Positions 16,487 to 26,769 of a DNA stretch of 64,000 nt are shown here, one piece after another. Below the pieces are notes generated by a model, which saw only the letters and a list, made by a program, of their open reading frames with translations, had not been told where the DNA came from and did not search any database. Origin of the DNA: an uncultured Candidatus Solibacter sp. (GTDB lineage Bacteria > Acidobacteriota > Terriglobia > Bryobacterales > Bryobacteraceae); contig CAYOBO010000001.1 in NCBI GenBank assembly GCA_964402295.1, forward strand, positions 99,016 to 163,015. Direction: 5' to 3'. How positions within the stretch are numbered: position 1 is the first letter of the stretch; each line of letters begins with the position of its first letter. The position numbers and the translations under genes are program-made.

Positions 16487-18187
16487 ATGGCTGCCGAAAT
16501 GGACAATCTGACAGTCAGCCGGCGCGTGCCGGACATGGAAGACTACGTGGACATGTTACGGCGGCAGAAGGCCTGGATTGCCGGGCCGTTATTTGCCGGG
16601 TTGGTCATCTCCGTGGTGACGGCCTTTCTGTGGCCGGACACATACGTTTCCACGGCGGTGGTGCGCGTCGTTCCGCCGCAAGTGCCAGAAGCATTCGTGC
16701 CGTCGAATGTGAATATGGAGATGTCGCAGCGCATCAACTCCATGGCGCAGCAGATTCTCAGCCGCAGCACGCTGACGAACATTATCAATACACACGGGCT
16801 TTATGCCCGTGACCGGGCCCGTCTGCCGATGGAAGATGTGGTGGAGAACATGCGCAAGAAAGATGTTCGCATCAGCAGCGTGGTGAACTTCAACTCGGGA
16901 CAGAACGGACGGCAGGTGCCCGCTTTCCAGATCTCCTTCTCCTATGAGGACCGCATTAAGGCCCACAAGGTATGTCAGGATCTGGTGGGCCGGTTCATCA
17001 ACGAAAACACACGCGACCGTACCAATCAATCCGTTTTTACCACGCAGTTTCTGAAAGACCAGTTGGAATTGGCGCGCCGCGATCTGGAGGTTGTTGAGGA
17101 TAAGCTGGCCAAGTTCCGTATTGCCAACGCCGGAAAACTGCCGGATCAGGTACAACAGAACCTTCAGCAATTGAATGCGCTGGAGCAGCGGATGGCAAAC
17201 CTCAATGGACAGGCCAGCCGTCAGGGCCAGGAAAAGCTTCTGATGGAATCGCAGCTTCGTATTTACAAGGAGCAGTTGAACAGCCTTTCGACTACCCAGG
17301 AGGTGACGGTCGCCGAACAGCAGCAACAGATGCAGGCCAAGAGTGCACGCATTCAGAGGCTGGAGAACGAAATCCAAAACGTGGAGCTGCAACTGGCGGC
17401 GATGCGCGAGAACTACACGGAAAACCACCCCGATGTTCAGCGGATGATCGCCGGTTTGAACGTATTGCGAAAGAACAAGGAGAAGCTGGAGCAAGACGAA
17501 GCCGCGGAAGCCGCGAAGAAGAAACCGGAAGAAACACCGAAAGAGAAGAAGAAGGTGATCGTTAATCCCGCGGCAGTCCGTGAGGCGCGCGAACTGGAAG
17601 CTTCGATCAAACGCTTGCAAAGCGCTATCGAGGCCAAGGACATGGAGGCAGAGGAAACCCGAAAGGCGATCATTGCCACAGAATCGGCGATCAAGGCAGC
17701 GCAAGCGCGAATCGAAGCGACTCCGCTCGGCGAAAAGGAGTACATCGATCTGTTGCGCGAGCGCGACTTGGTGCGAGCCCGCGTGGAGGATATGAATCGA
17801 AAACAGGGCATTTCCAACATCGCCACTGCGTTGGAAACCCGCCAGCAAGGTGAAAACCTGGAGCTGCTCGATCCGGCGTCTCTCCCACAGCGGCCTGCTG
17901 AACCGGACCGCACCCTCATTATCGGCGCGGGAACGGCATTCGGTTTAATACTCGGAGTGGTTCTGGCCGCGGCACGGGAACTGAAGGATTCGACGATCAA
18001 GAACATGAAAGATGTCCGGGCGTATTCGCAGTTGAACATCCTCGGGAGCATTCCGCTGCTCGAGAACGATCTGGTGGTGCGCCGCCGCCGCCGGCTGAGC
18101 TGGCTAGCATGGACTACGGCCGGAATCTTCGGCGTGCTCATCATGTCCGGCTCGATGTACTACTACTATTTCGTCCTGAAGGTGTAA
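16487..18187 (+). CDS. polysaccharide chain-length determinant (Wzz/GumC family)
   Basis: N-terminal TM helix, a long periplasmic coiled-coil region, and a second TM helix near the C-terminus (LIIGAGTAFGLILGVVLAAA). Lies between the export and kinase genes. Confidence 0.88.
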   Translation: MAAEMDNLTVSRRVPDMEDYVDMLRRQKAWIAGPLFAGLVISVVTAFLWPDTYVSTAVVRVVPPQVPEAFVPSNVNMEMSQRINSMAQQILSRSTLTNIINTHGLYARDRARLPMEDVVENMRKKDVRISSVVNFNSGQNGRQVPAFQISFSYEDRIKAHKVCQDLVGRFINENTRDRTNQSVFTTQFLKDQLELARRDLEVVEDKLAKFRIANAGKLPDQVQQNLQQLNALEQRMANLNGQASRQGQEKLLMESQLRIYKEQLNSLSTTQEVTVAEQQQQMQAKSARIQRLENEIQNVELQLAAMRENYTENHPDVQRMIAGLNVLRKNKEKLEQDEAAEAAKKKPEETPKEKKKVIVNPAAVREARELEASIKRLQSAIEAKDMEAEETRKAIIATESAIKAAQARIEATPLGEKEYIDLLRERDLVRARVEDMNRKQGISNIATALETRQQGENLELLDPASLPQRPAEPDRTLIIGAGTAFGLILGVVLAAARELKDSTIKNMKDVRAYSQLNILGSIPLLENDLVVRRRRRLSWLAWTTAGIFGVLIMSGSMYYYYFVLKV

Positions 18188-18199
18188 TCGGAGGTAAAC

Positions 18200-19117
18200 A
18201 TGAGTCGAGTGCATGACGCGTTACGTCGCGCCGAACAATCCGGTGTTTTGTCGGCGCCGAACGCGCCACCAGCCATCCCAGTGCGGCCGCAAACACCCCG
18301 TATGCCTCCTCCGGCCGCAGGCCCGGCTTCGGCGGCGTCGCTACGGGAAGTATTACAGTTGGTGCAGGAAGTTCCGTTCCAACCAGCTCCCGAGGCGCAC
18401 CTCATCGACGCCTCTCGTCCCCACGAAGCGCCGATGGAGGAGTTTCGCACATTGCGAACCCGGTTAAACCATCTTCAAGGGCTCCAGCCGATCCACAATA
18501 TTGTGGTTACTAGCCCCTCTCCGGCCGAGGGCAAATCCTTCGCCGCAGTGAATCTTGCTCTGGCGGAGGCGCAATTGACGGGCAACATGACGCTGCTTGC
18601 GGATTTCGATTTCCGCCGCCCTATTGTGCACTCCATGTTCCAGATCGACCGCAGCCCTGGAATCACGGACTATCTATTGGGCAAAGCGAAGCTGCACGAG
18701 GCCATCAAGAAGGTGGCCGGAACAAACCTCTATGTTATGCCGGCCGGGGAAGCGGTCATCAACCCCCTTGAGCTATTGAACTTGCAAGAAGTGCGGACCA
18801 TGCTGGACAACCTGCCGCAGGTGTTCAACTGGGTGATCCTGGACAGTCCACCGCTGCTGTTTGCGGCTGACGCGAACCTTCTGTCGACGTTGTGCCACGG
18901 CACGGTGCTGGTGGTGCGTATCGGTACGACAACCATCGACTCAATCACGAGGGCCATTCAGTCACTGTGCGAGAACAACGTACTAGGGATTGTAGTGAAC
19001 GGCGCGCGGCGCGGGGAACTCTACTCCAAGTACACCTATTATCACAGCTATTACTATTCAAAAGCCGACGAGCGAGAGCTGCGCAAGGCCGAGCAAGAGG
19101 AAGAAGAGGACGAATAA
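18200..19117 (+). CDS. BY-kinase-type tyrosine autokinase (CpsD/CapB/EpsG-like)
   Basis: Walker A variant SPSPAEGKS, Walker A' and B-like motifs (LLADFDFRRP, VILDSPP), and a C-terminal tyrosine cluster YSKYTYYHSYYYSK. Confidence 0.88.
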   Translation: MSRVHDALRRAEQSGVLSAPNAPPAIPVRPQTPRMPPPAAGPASAASLREVLQLVQEVPFQPAPEAHLIDASRPHEAPMEEFRTLRTRLNHLQGLQPIHNIVVTSPSPAEGKSFAAVNLALAEAQLTGNMTLLADFDFRRPIVHSMFQIDRSPGITDYLLGKAKLHEAIKKVAGTNLYVMPAGEAVINPLELLNLQEVRTMLDNLPQVFNWVILDSPPLLFAADANLLSTLCHGTVLVVRIGTTTIDSITRAIQSLCENNVLGIVVNGARRGELYSKYTYYHSYYYSKADERELRKAEQEEEEDE

Positions 19118-19139
19118 CGTGCCGGGGTACCATGGAAGG

Positions 19140-19613
19140 ATGAAGTGGCTTTTCGCTGTCCTCCTGGCGCCTGCTCTTTTCGCCGCCAATCCGGAATTGC
19201 TAAAGGTGAAATCGGTCTACCTGTTGCCGATGGCCAGCGGGATGGATCAGTATCTGGCAAACGCCCTACAGTCCAGTGACATCTATGTTGTCGTAACAGA
19301 CCCCGCCGCGGCCGACGCGGTTTTCACGGACAGTATCGGTCCGGCTTTCGAACGCAAGTGGAAAGAGATTTATCCTCCCGAATCCGCTGCCGAAGACGAG
19401 GGGGAAGAGAAAGAAGCAACAGGCAGCGATGGCAGCGCTGTCCCGGCTTCCACCTTCCGGCGGGGACGCGGTGTAGTCTTCCTTGTGGAGCGGCGGTCCC
19501 GGCAAGTGGTGTGGTCGACGTTCGCGCCCCCGAAGGACGCCCGGCCTTCCACCATTGACAAAACGGCGCAGTCCATCGCCGCGCGACTCAAGAAGGATCT
19601 TGGTGGCAAGTAG
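19140..19613 (+). CDS. secreted hypothetical protein
   Basis: Signal peptide MKWLFAVLLAPALFAA. No recognisable domain. Sits between the kinase and the MutS-like gene with very short gaps. The tracked ORF starts at 19119; ATG 19140 is preferred. Confidence 0.55.
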   Translation: MKWLFAVLLAPALFAANPELLKVKSVYLLPMASGMDQYLANALQSSDIYVVVTDPAAADAVFTDSIGPAFERKWKEIYPPESAAEDEGEEKEATGSDGSAVPASTFRRGRGVVFLVERRSRQVVWSTFAPPKDARPSTIDKTAQSIAARLKKDLGGK

Positions 19614-19628
19614 CGCCGCGTTTCCCCG

Positions 19629-21392
19629 GTGAAACCAATCGAAGAGTACCGGCAGCGACTGGCGGAGAGGCAATCGCGGGTGGACGCCTGCGAGCGGCGT
19701 CATATCCAGTTGGGGAATGTGCGGCTGATGATCGGCATTCTCGGCGGTGTCCTCGCCTATCGCGTCTTTGTTTCCGCCTCGCTGACCCTTCCCTGGCTCG
19801 CGTTGCCGTTGCTCGCCTTTATCCCCTTGGCGGTTTATCATGAGCGGCTTCTGCGAAGGCGCGCACTGGCCAAGCGGGCCGTGGAGTTTTACAACCGTGC
19901 GATCGCGAGGATGGAGGACCGCTGGCAGGGGCAGGGAGAAACCGGAGCGCGCTTTGCGGATCCACAGCATGTTTATGCTGACGACCTGGATCTGTTCGGC
20001 GCCGGCAGCCTGTTTCAGTTGCTCTCGCAGGCGCGCACTCGCGGCGGAGAAGAGGTTCTCGCTTCGTGGTTGTCCGCTCCGGCCGCCCCGGAAACCATTC
20101 AGCACCGGCAGCAGCAGATCCGCGAACTGCGCGAGTACCTCGATCTGCGGGAAACCATCTTCGTACTCGGTGAAGACGCGCGCGACACGGTTCATACGGC
20201 ACATCTGCTCGAATGGGCCGAGGCCGCTCCACTGCTCCACAACCGCAACCTGTGGCTTGCGGCGGGAGTTCTGACGGCGGCGGTGATCGGCACGGCGGCG
20301 GCGGCCCGCTTCTTCGGGATGGCGAAGTTGCTGGTTTCCGCACTGGCGCTGGTGGCGGCATTCGGTTTCTGGCTTCGTCCGCGGGTGCTTGCCGTGATCA
20401 CGCGGATCGACGAGGCGGTGCACGATCTGGGGTTGCTGTCCGCCCTGATGGCGATTCTGGAGTCGCATCCGTTCCGCGGCGAGGCTTCACTCGCGTTGCA
20501 GAAAACCCTCCGCGATACGGGAGCGTCCAAGGCCATCCGCAAGCTTCACCGGCTGGCGGAATACATCGACTCGCGCGATAACGTAGCGGTGCGGGCCTTC
20601 GGGCCACCGTTGTTATATGGAACGCACCTCGCCTTCGCGGTCGAGCATTGGCGCGCCCGCCATGGCGGCCACATCCGGCGGTGGCTGTCCGCCTTGAGCG
20701 AGTTCGAGGCGCTTCTTTCGATGGCGTCCTATGCCCACGAACATCCGGACGATCCTTTTCCCGAACTGTCCACGACTCCCGGTATCAGCGGGGAGGAACT
20801 GGGACACCCGTTGCTCCCCGATGCGCGTTGCGTTCGCAATTCCATCCGCCTCGAACCGCAGTCTCCGCTGCTGATCGTGTCCGGCTCGAACATGTCGGGC
20901 AAGAGCACATATCTCCGCACCATCGGCATCAATGTAGTGCTGGCCATGGCGGGCGCTCCGGTGCGGGCGCGGTCGTTGCGTCTTTCCCCGTTACACGTCG
21001 GCGCCTCCATACGCGTCACGGATTCGCTGCAAGGCGGCAGTTCCCGGTTCTTCGCGGAAATCACCCGTTTGCGTAAGATCGTCGATCTGGCGGCCGGACC
21101 GGCGCCAGTACTCTTTCTGCTCGATGAACTGCTCAATGGGACGAATTCCCACGATCGGGCCCTTGGCGCGGAGGGCATTTTGCGGGAGCTACTGGGACGC
21201 CGAGCGATGGGGCTGGTCACCACGCACGACCTTGCCCTGACCGCCATTGCCGCTCCGCTCGGCGCAGCGAACATCCACTTTCAGGACACCCTGGAGGCAG
21301 GCCATCTGCACTTCGACTACAAGGTGCGGCCGGGCATCGTGGAAAAGAGCAATGCGCTTGAATTGATGCGCTCGATCGGTCTCGACGTATAA
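19629..21392 (+). CDS. MutS-related ATPase (MutS domains III/V only) with N-terminal transmembrane helices
   Basis: GTG start. Hydrophobic helices near the N-terminus (VRLMIGILGGVLAYRVFV, LPWLALPLLAFIPLAV). C-terminal MutS ATPase motifs (SGSNMSGKSTYLRTIG, LFLLDELLNGTNSHDR, TTHDL). No mismatch-binding domain. Confidence 0.8.
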   Translation: MKPIEEYRQRLAERQSRVDACERRHIQLGNVRLMIGILGGVLAYRVFVSASLTLPWLALPLLAFIPLAVYHERLLRRRALAKRAVEFYNRAIARMEDRWQGQGETGARFADPQHVYADDLDLFGAGSLFQLLSQARTRGGEEVLASWLSAPAAPETIQHRQQQIRELREYLDLRETIFVLGEDARDTVHTAHLLEWAEAAPLLHNRNLWLAAGVLTAAVIGTAAAARFFGMAKLLVSALALVAAFGFWLRPRVLAVITRIDEAVHDLGLLSALMAILESHPFRGEASLALQKTLRDTGASKAIRKLHRLAEYIDSRDNVAVRAFGPPLLYGTHLAFAVEHWRARHGGHIRRWLSALSEFEALLSMASYAHEHPDDPFPELSTTPGISGEELGHPLLPDARCVRNSIRLEPQSPLLIVSGSNMSGKSTYLRTIGINVVLAMAGAPVRARSLRLSPLHVGASIRVTDSLQGGSSRFFAEITRLRKIVDLAAGPAPVLFLLDELLNGTNSHDRALGAEGILRELLGRRAMGLVTTHDLALTAIAAPLGAANIHFQDTLEAGHLHFDYKVRPGIVEKSNALELMRSIGLDV

Positions 21393-21401
21393 TTTTGGTC
21401 G

Positions 21402-22781
21402 ATGCTCCGTAGATCGTTTGTCTCCACGCTTGGCGCCGCCGTGCTGGCGCCGGCCCAGACCCGAAAGCCGAATTTCATCGTCATTTACACCGACGATCAG
21501 CGCTTCGACACGATTCGTGCGTTGGGGAACAAAGAAATTCACACACCCAACATGGACCGGATGGCGAACCGCGGCGTGGCGTTCACTAGCGCCTACATCA
21601 TGGGTGGAACGCAACCAGCGGTATGCGCACCCTCACGAGCGATGCTGATGACGGGGCAAGCCCTGTTCCGCGCCGCCCGCAACACAGGCTCCACTCCGGG
21701 AGACAAGTTAGAGCCCGGGCCGTTCCACATGTTTCCGGAGGTGTTGCGCCAGAATGGCTACCAGACGTTCGCCACGGGCAAGTGGCACAACGGGCCCAAG
21801 CTGTTCGCCCGGGCCTTCAGCGATGGCGGCAACATCTTCTTCGGGGGGATGGGGGATCAGTTGAAAATGCCCGTGCAGGATTTCGATCCCAGCGGCGCCT
21901 ACCCCAAGTCCGCTATCCGCCCGAGTGGCAAATTCGCCAGCGAGCTGTTTGCCGACACGGCCGTGAAGTTTCTAAACGGCTACCGCTCCGAGCGGCCATT
22001 CCTTCTCTATTGCTCGTTCACATCCCCGCACGATCCGCGCATGGCGCCTAAGCAGTTTGCCGACATGTATTCGCCGGACAAGGTCTCACTGCCGAAAAAC
22101 TTCCTGCCCGAGCATCCGTTCGACAACGGCGAGTTGAAAGTGCGCGACGAAATGCTGGCTCCTCATCCGCGTACGCCCGCTGTTGTGAAGGAGCATCTGG
22201 CTGCCTACTACGCCATGGTTTCGGAGGTGGATCATGAAATCGGGCGCATCCTCGATGCGCTGGACCGCAGTCCGCACGCGGCGAACACGTACGTCGTGTT
22301 TGCCGGCGATAACGGATTGGCCGTTGGCCAACACGGGTTGTTGGGAAAGCAGAGCGTGTACGATCACAGCGTGCACGTGCCGCTGATCGTCTACGGTCCG
22401 GGCGTGCCCAAGGGCAAACGCTGCGAGGCCTTCGTGTATCTCTACGACATCGCGCCCACGATTTACGAATGGGCCGGGATACCTAAGCCTGCCACGGTGG
22501 ACGGGGAAAGCCTTGTGCCACTGCTCAAGGATCCGCGCCGGCTGGTACGCGAGTCGATGTTTTTCGCGTATCGCAATCTCCAGCGGGCGGTGCAGACCAA
22601 GGAGTGGAAGCTCATCCGCTACACGGTGAACGGAAAGGAAACTATCCAGCTTTTCCACATTGCCAAGGATCCGTGGGAGACAAATAATCTGGCCGGCAAG
22701 CCGGAATACCGCGCGCAGCAGGAGAAGCTGCTGGCGGAGCTACAGCAGTGGCAGCAAAAGACAGGCGACCCGCTAGCCTGA
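21402..22781 (+). CDS. sulfatase (arylsulfatase family)
   Basis: Signal peptide, NFIVIYTDDQRFD, and the formylglycine motif CAPSRAMLMTG (C-x-P-S-R). Confidence 0.9.
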   Translation: MLRRSFVSTLGAAVLAPAQTRKPNFIVIYTDDQRFDTIRALGNKEIHTPNMDRMANRGVAFTSAYIMGGTQPAVCAPSRAMLMTGQALFRAARNTGSTPGDKLEPGPFHMFPEVLRQNGYQTFATGKWHNGPKLFARAFSDGGNIFFGGMGDQLKMPVQDFDPSGAYPKSAIRPSGKFASELFADTAVKFLNGYRSERPFLLYCSFTSPHDPRMAPKQFADMYSPDKVSLPKNFLPEHPFDNGELKVRDEMLAPHPRTPAVVKEHLAAYYAMVSEVDHEIGRILDALDRSPHAANTYVVFAGDNGLAVGQHGLLGKQSVYDHSVHVPLIVYGPGVPKGKRCEAFVYLYDIAPTIYEWAGIPKPATVDGESLVPLLKDPRRLVRESMFFAYRNLQRAVQTKEWKLIRYTVNGKETIQLFHIAKDPWETNNLAGKPEYRAQQEKLLAELQQWQQKTGDPLA

Positions 22782-23903
22782 TGCCTGCCGGCTCTCGTAG
22801 GTCCGCCAGAAAAAGCCGTCCGTCATGCCGGCGATGTACTCGCAGACAATGCGATGCAGCGGCAGTTCCACGGTCCGTTCGCGATGCGATGCAGGCAGCC
22901 GGCCGGGGTGGTCCAGGAAGAACTGGAACAATTCGCCGATGGCGGCGTTGGAGCGCGCACGCTCAGCGCGCAGGGCTTCCGTGGAATACACTTGCCGGTG
23001 CAGGAATCCCTTGATTGCGCTATTCCATTCCTGGCCCGCGGCCGTGAAACGAGCCAGCCGCCGCGGATATTGCCGAACATCCTCCACCGTTTCCACGCCC
23101 GCCTCGATCGCCGCGCGCCCGGTGCCTTCGATGAGCGAGGAAACCAGCATGTCGATCAGGGCGCGCACGCATTCCAGGAACTGAATGCGCTCCGGGGCGC
23201 CGGGATACTGGCTTTCGATGGTCTCATGTACCTCGCGGACGATGGCCACGTGGGCGGCGAGTTCCGACACGTTTAGAAGCCCGGCGGATTGCGCGTCGTC
23301 GAGATCGGCGGTGTTGTAAGCGATTTCGTCGCAAAGATCGATCAGTTGCGCCTCGAGCGGTGGACGCAGGCCCGGCAGGTATTCTTCGAGTTCCACGCCG
23401 TCGCCGGGCTCCACCTCGCGCGAATGCTTCACGATGCCTTCGCGCACTTCGAATGTCAGGTTCAGGCCGGGAAAACGCGCATAGCGTTGCTCGAAGCTCT
23501 CCACGATGCGCAGGGCATGCAGGTTGTGATTGAACACGTCGCCGTGGCGGCGCATGATGCGGTCGAGTTCCTGTTCGCCGGAATGGCCAAACGGCGGGTG
23601 CCCTAGATCGTGCGCCAGGGCAAGAGCCTCCGTCAGATCCTCGTCCAAACCGAGGGTCGCGGCGACCGTGCGCGCGATCTGCGCCACTTCCATGGTGTGG
23701 GTCAAGCGGTTGCGGAAGTGGTCGGAGACGGAAGGCGGGAAAACCTGGGTTTTGTCTTCCAGGCGGCGAAACGCGCGGGCATGGACCACGCGGTCCCGAT
23801 CGCGCTGAAAATCGTTGCGGTAACGATGCGGGAACTCAGGGTAGCGGCGTCCCCTGGAACGGCCCACCGGGAATCGGAGGAAGGCGAGCGCCTGGGGGTC
23901 CAC
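22773..23903 (-). CDS. dgt: dGTPase-like deoxynucleoside triphosphate triphosphohydrolase (HD domain)
   Basis: FQRDRDRVVHARAFRRLEDKTQVF, RLTHTMEVAQIAR, and HDLGHPPFGH (HD motif). Length and order are typical of the Dgt-like subfamily. Confidence 0.9.
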   Translation of the reverse strand: MDPQALAFLRFPVGRSRGRRYPEFPHRYRNDFQRDRDRVVHARAFRRLEDKTQVFPPSVSDHFRNRLTHTMEVAQIARTVAATLGLDEDLTEALALAHDLGHPPFGHSGEQELDRIMRRHGDVFNHNLHALRIVESFEQRYARFPGLNLTFEVREGIVKHSREVEPGDGVELEEYLPGLRPPLEAQLIDLCDEIAYNTADLDDAQSAGLLNVSELAAHVAIVREVHETIESQYPGAPERIQFLECVRALIDMLVSSLIEGTGRAAIEAGVETVEDVRQYPRRLARFTAAGQEWNSAIKGFLHRQVYSTEALRAERARSNAAIGELFQFFLDHPGRLPASHRERTVELPLHRIVCEYIAGMTDGFFWRTYESRQASG

Positions 23904-23908
23904 GAGAA

Positions 23909-24613
23909 CTACTGATTCATCATCTCGCCGAGCACGCCGACCGCGGCCCGCGTTACGGCCGGACGATCAAGGGCTTGCAGCGACTTCAGGATGATTTCAG
24001 CCTCCTGGCGCTTGGTCTTGTAGATGGCCCTGGCGAGGGCAATCTGCGCTTGCTCCTTGCTCACGGCGGCGGTGGGATTGGCCACCAAGTCGCGCAGCAG
24101 GGGTTCGGCCTGGTCCACCTTCTTCTGTGCCACGTAGAGCGTGGCCAGCGATAGTTTCCCGAGCGAGGCAATGGCCTTGTCACTGCTGGCGGCCACAAGC
24201 TTGAAACCGGCTTCGCATTCCGCCACTTTGCCCGTGTCGCAGAGCAGTGTGGAGGCGGAGTACCGCGCCAGATCCCCTTCTCTGGTACCGGCGTGCTTGG
24301 TGGCCACTTCGGTGAAGGCTTTCAAGGCCGCGGCATCCTTGTCTGCCTGGGTGGGGAAAGCCAGCCCGCCGTTCGGATTCTGGGGGCCCACGAACGCATC
24401 GAGCACCAGCGAAGCCTGCCGCAGGTCCTCCTGCCGCTTCGATGCCTGGTAGTTCATGAAAGCGTAAGCGCCAACGGCGACAACGAGAATCGCGGCGGCG
24501 ATGCCGCCGTATTTCTTCACCTGCTCCTTATGTCCTTGCAGGTAGTCGACCGTATGCGTCACTTCTTCGACAAATTTATCGTGCTTGATCTGTTCGCGTA
24601 ACTGCTTATCCAC
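23909..24613 (-). CDS. YfgM-like membrane-anchored TPR-like protein
   Basis: N-terminal cytoplasmic stretch, a single TM helix (GIAAAILVVAVGAYAFMNY), then a helical repeat domain. Layout matches the YfgM/UPF0070 family. Confidence 0.7.
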   Translation of the reverse strand: MDKQLREQIKHDKFVEEVTHTVDYLQGHKEQVKKYGGIAAAILVVAVGAYAFMNYQASKRQEDLRQASLVLDAFVGPQNPNGGLAFPTQADKDAAALKAFTEVATKHAGTREGDLARYSASTLLCDTGKVAECEAGFKLVAASSDKAIASLGKLSLATLYVAQKKVDQAEPLLRDLVANPTAAVSKEQAQIALARAIYKTKRQEAEIILKSLQALDRPAVTRAAVGVLGEMMNQ

Positions 24614-24651
24614 GTGTAAACCTCGGAATCTTACAGGTTAGCATAGGGAAG

Positions 24652-25389
24652 ATGGCGCTACGATTGGCAGGCAAGACGGCGTTGGTCACCGGTGGATCGC
24701 GGGGCATTGGGAAAGCGATTTGCAAGCGGCTCGCGGCAGAGGGTGCGGAGGTGATCATCCACTACAATCGCCGTGCCGATGCGGCTGCCGCGTTGCGCGA
24801 CGAGATTGGAGCACATGCCCGCGTTGTGCAGGCGGACATGCAATCTCTGTCCGGCATCGAGTCTTTGTTCCAGGGTCTCGATGCGGACCGCCTCGATTTC
24901 CTGGTGAACAACGCGGGCATCTGGAAGCCGTCGCCTGTAGGCTCCACTTCGGTGGAGCGCATGAACGAGATTATCGATATTAACCTGAAGGCTCCGTTCT
25001 GGACGTTACAGTGCGCCCTGCCCTTGCTCAACGGCGGCGCGCGTGTCATCAATATTTCGTCGGTTGCGGCCAAGACAGGTGTTGCCGGCGGGCGCAGTCT
25101 GTACGGCGCCACCAAAGCCGCGATCGAGTCCCTGACGCGGAACTGGGCCATGGAACTTGCTCCGCGGGGCATTCTGGTGAACGCGGTGGCGCCTGGCTAT
25201 GTGCAAACCGACATGACTGCCGAGCATCTGGGCAATCCCGCCAACTTCGAACGGGCCATGGCCCGGCATCCACTGGGGCGCATGACCACACCCGAAGACG
25301 TCGCCGGCGTCGTTGCGTTTCTGTGCTCCGACGATGCGTCTTTCATCACCGGGCAGACCATCAACGTCAGCGGCGGCTTCGTCATCTGA
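24652..25389 (+). CDS. short-chain dehydrogenase/reductase (FabG-like)
   Basis: TGGSRGIG cofactor motif, NNAG, and the catalytic S...YxxxK (SSVAAKTG, YGATKAA). Confidence 0.9.
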   Translation: MALRLAGKTALVTGGSRGIGKAICKRLAAEGAEVIIHYNRRADAAAALRDEIGAHARVVQADMQSLSGIESLFQGLDADRLDFLVNNAGIWKPSPVGSTSVERMNEIIDINLKAPFWTLQCALPLLNGGARVINISSVAAKTGVAGGRSLYGATKAAIESLTRNWAMELAPRGILVNAVAPGYVQTDMTAEHLGNPANFERAMARHPLGRMTTPEDVAGVVAFLCSDDASFITGQTINVSGGFVI

Positions 25390-25478
25390 AGCATTTGACG
25401 CGCGGCTTGGCTGCTGGCACCCTGTAGATAAGGCTGAGGAAGCGGTAAGTCGGCGGCGTGCGAAAGGAATCGCGTCTC

Positions 25479-26753
25479 ATGCGCTGGCTCTACGTTTTCT
25501 TAAGTGTGCTGCCTCTATGGGCTGCTTCGCCCGAAATCCGTGTTCTCCACGACGATGGAGGCTGGTGCTGGTTTGAGGACGAACGCGCGATTGCCGTCAA
25601 TGGCAAGCTGCTCTTCGGCGTGGTTGCTTCCGGACGCAAGGGCAACGTGGAAGCGGTGACCTATGACCCGAAGACCGGACAATCGAAGGTGTTCGTTTTG
25701 CATCGGCCGGAAAGCCCCGAAGAACAGCGGCGCTGGATGGACGACCACAACTCGCCGGCCTTCCTACTTCGTCCCGACGGCCGTGTTCTGGCGCTGTACG
25801 CCAAACACGGTATCGACGAGAAGATCTACTACCGTATCTCAGAGCCGAAGGACACGACACGATGGGGCGAGGAGCGCATCTTCGTTCCCAGTCCAACCTC
25901 GCGAGTGACGTATTCCAACCCGCACTATCTCTCCCGTGAGAAGCGCGTCTATAACTTCTTTCGCGGTATCCACAATTCCTTCAAGCCTTCGTACGCCCAC
26001 AGCGAAGATGGCGGTGAAACATGGACGGCCGGAAATGTTTTCATCAACGTTCCCACCGAGTTCCGCCACCGGCCGTATGTCAAGTACGCAACCAACGGCA
26101 AGGACACGGTGCACATTGCCTATACCGAGGGCCATCCGCGGAATTTCGACAACAGCATCTATCACATTTTTTACCGAAAGGGCATGCTGCACCGTTCGGA
26201 CGGAGCGCCCATCCGGGATCTGCAAGGTGGACTACAGACTCCCGAGGAAGGCACGCTGGTCTACAAAGGCGGCCCCAATCGCGTGGCCTGGATCAGCGAC
26301 ATTCACCTGGACCGCCAGAAACGTCCCGTGCTGGTGTTTTCCGAGCAACGCGATCCCAGCGGCAGCGACCACCGCTACCATTACGCCCGATGGGACGGCA
26401 GCCGGTGGATGGAGCACGAAATCGCTTATGCAGGCAGCCGCTTGTATCCCGGCGAAGACGACTACACGGGCAATATCGCAATCGTCCCACGGCGTCCGGA
26501 CAATGTTTATATCTCCACCAACGCGCATCCGGTGTCCGGCGAAACGATGCCACACTACGAGATCTTCCACGGAATCACGAAAGACGGCGGGGCGCACTGG
26601 ACCTGGACGGCCGTCACGAAAGACTCCGAGGAAGACAATATCAGGCCGATTTGTCCTATTTTCAAGGGGGTACCAGAGGTCCTCTGGCTTCAAGGTAGAA
26701 TGGAATCCTATACCAACTATCGATTCCAGGTAGTGGGTCTGTTCCGGAAGTAG
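25479..26753 (+). CDS. BNR-repeat-like beta-propeller protein (BNR_4-like), secreted
   Basis: Signal peptide MRWLYVFLSVLPLWAA. WCWFEDERAI, an Asp-box-like SEDGGETW, and TKDGGAHWTW. Family assignment is from memory of similar proteins. Confidence 0.6.
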   Translation: MRWLYVFLSVLPLWAASPEIRVLHDDGGWCWFEDERAIAVNGKLLFGVVASGRKGNVEAVTYDPKTGQSKVFVLHRPESPEEQRRWMDDHNSPAFLLRPDGRVLALYAKHGIDEKIYYRISEPKDTTRWGEERIFVPSPTSRVTYSNPHYLSREKRVYNFFRGIHNSFKPSYAHSEDGGETWTAGNVFINVPTEFRHRPYVKYATNGKDTVHIAYTEGHPRNFDNSIYHIFYRKGMLHRSDGAPIRDLQGGLQTPEEGTLVYKGGPNRVAWISDIHLDRQKRPVLVFSEQRDPSGSDHRYHYARWDGSRWMEHEIAYAGSRLYPGEDDYTGNIAIVPRRPDNVYISTNAHPVSGETMPHYEIFHGITKDGGAHWTWTAVTKDSEEDNIRPICPIFKGVPEVLWLQGRMESYTNYRFQVVGLFRK

Positions 26754-26769
26754 TCGTATCGGAGGTACT

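Noticed and set aside
22773-23903. dGTPase gene as an anti-phage dNTP-depletion defence gene
   Set aside because: Its size and motifs fit the widespread housekeeping Dgt-like subfamily. It sits among ordinary metabolic genes with no other defence or mobile-element markers.
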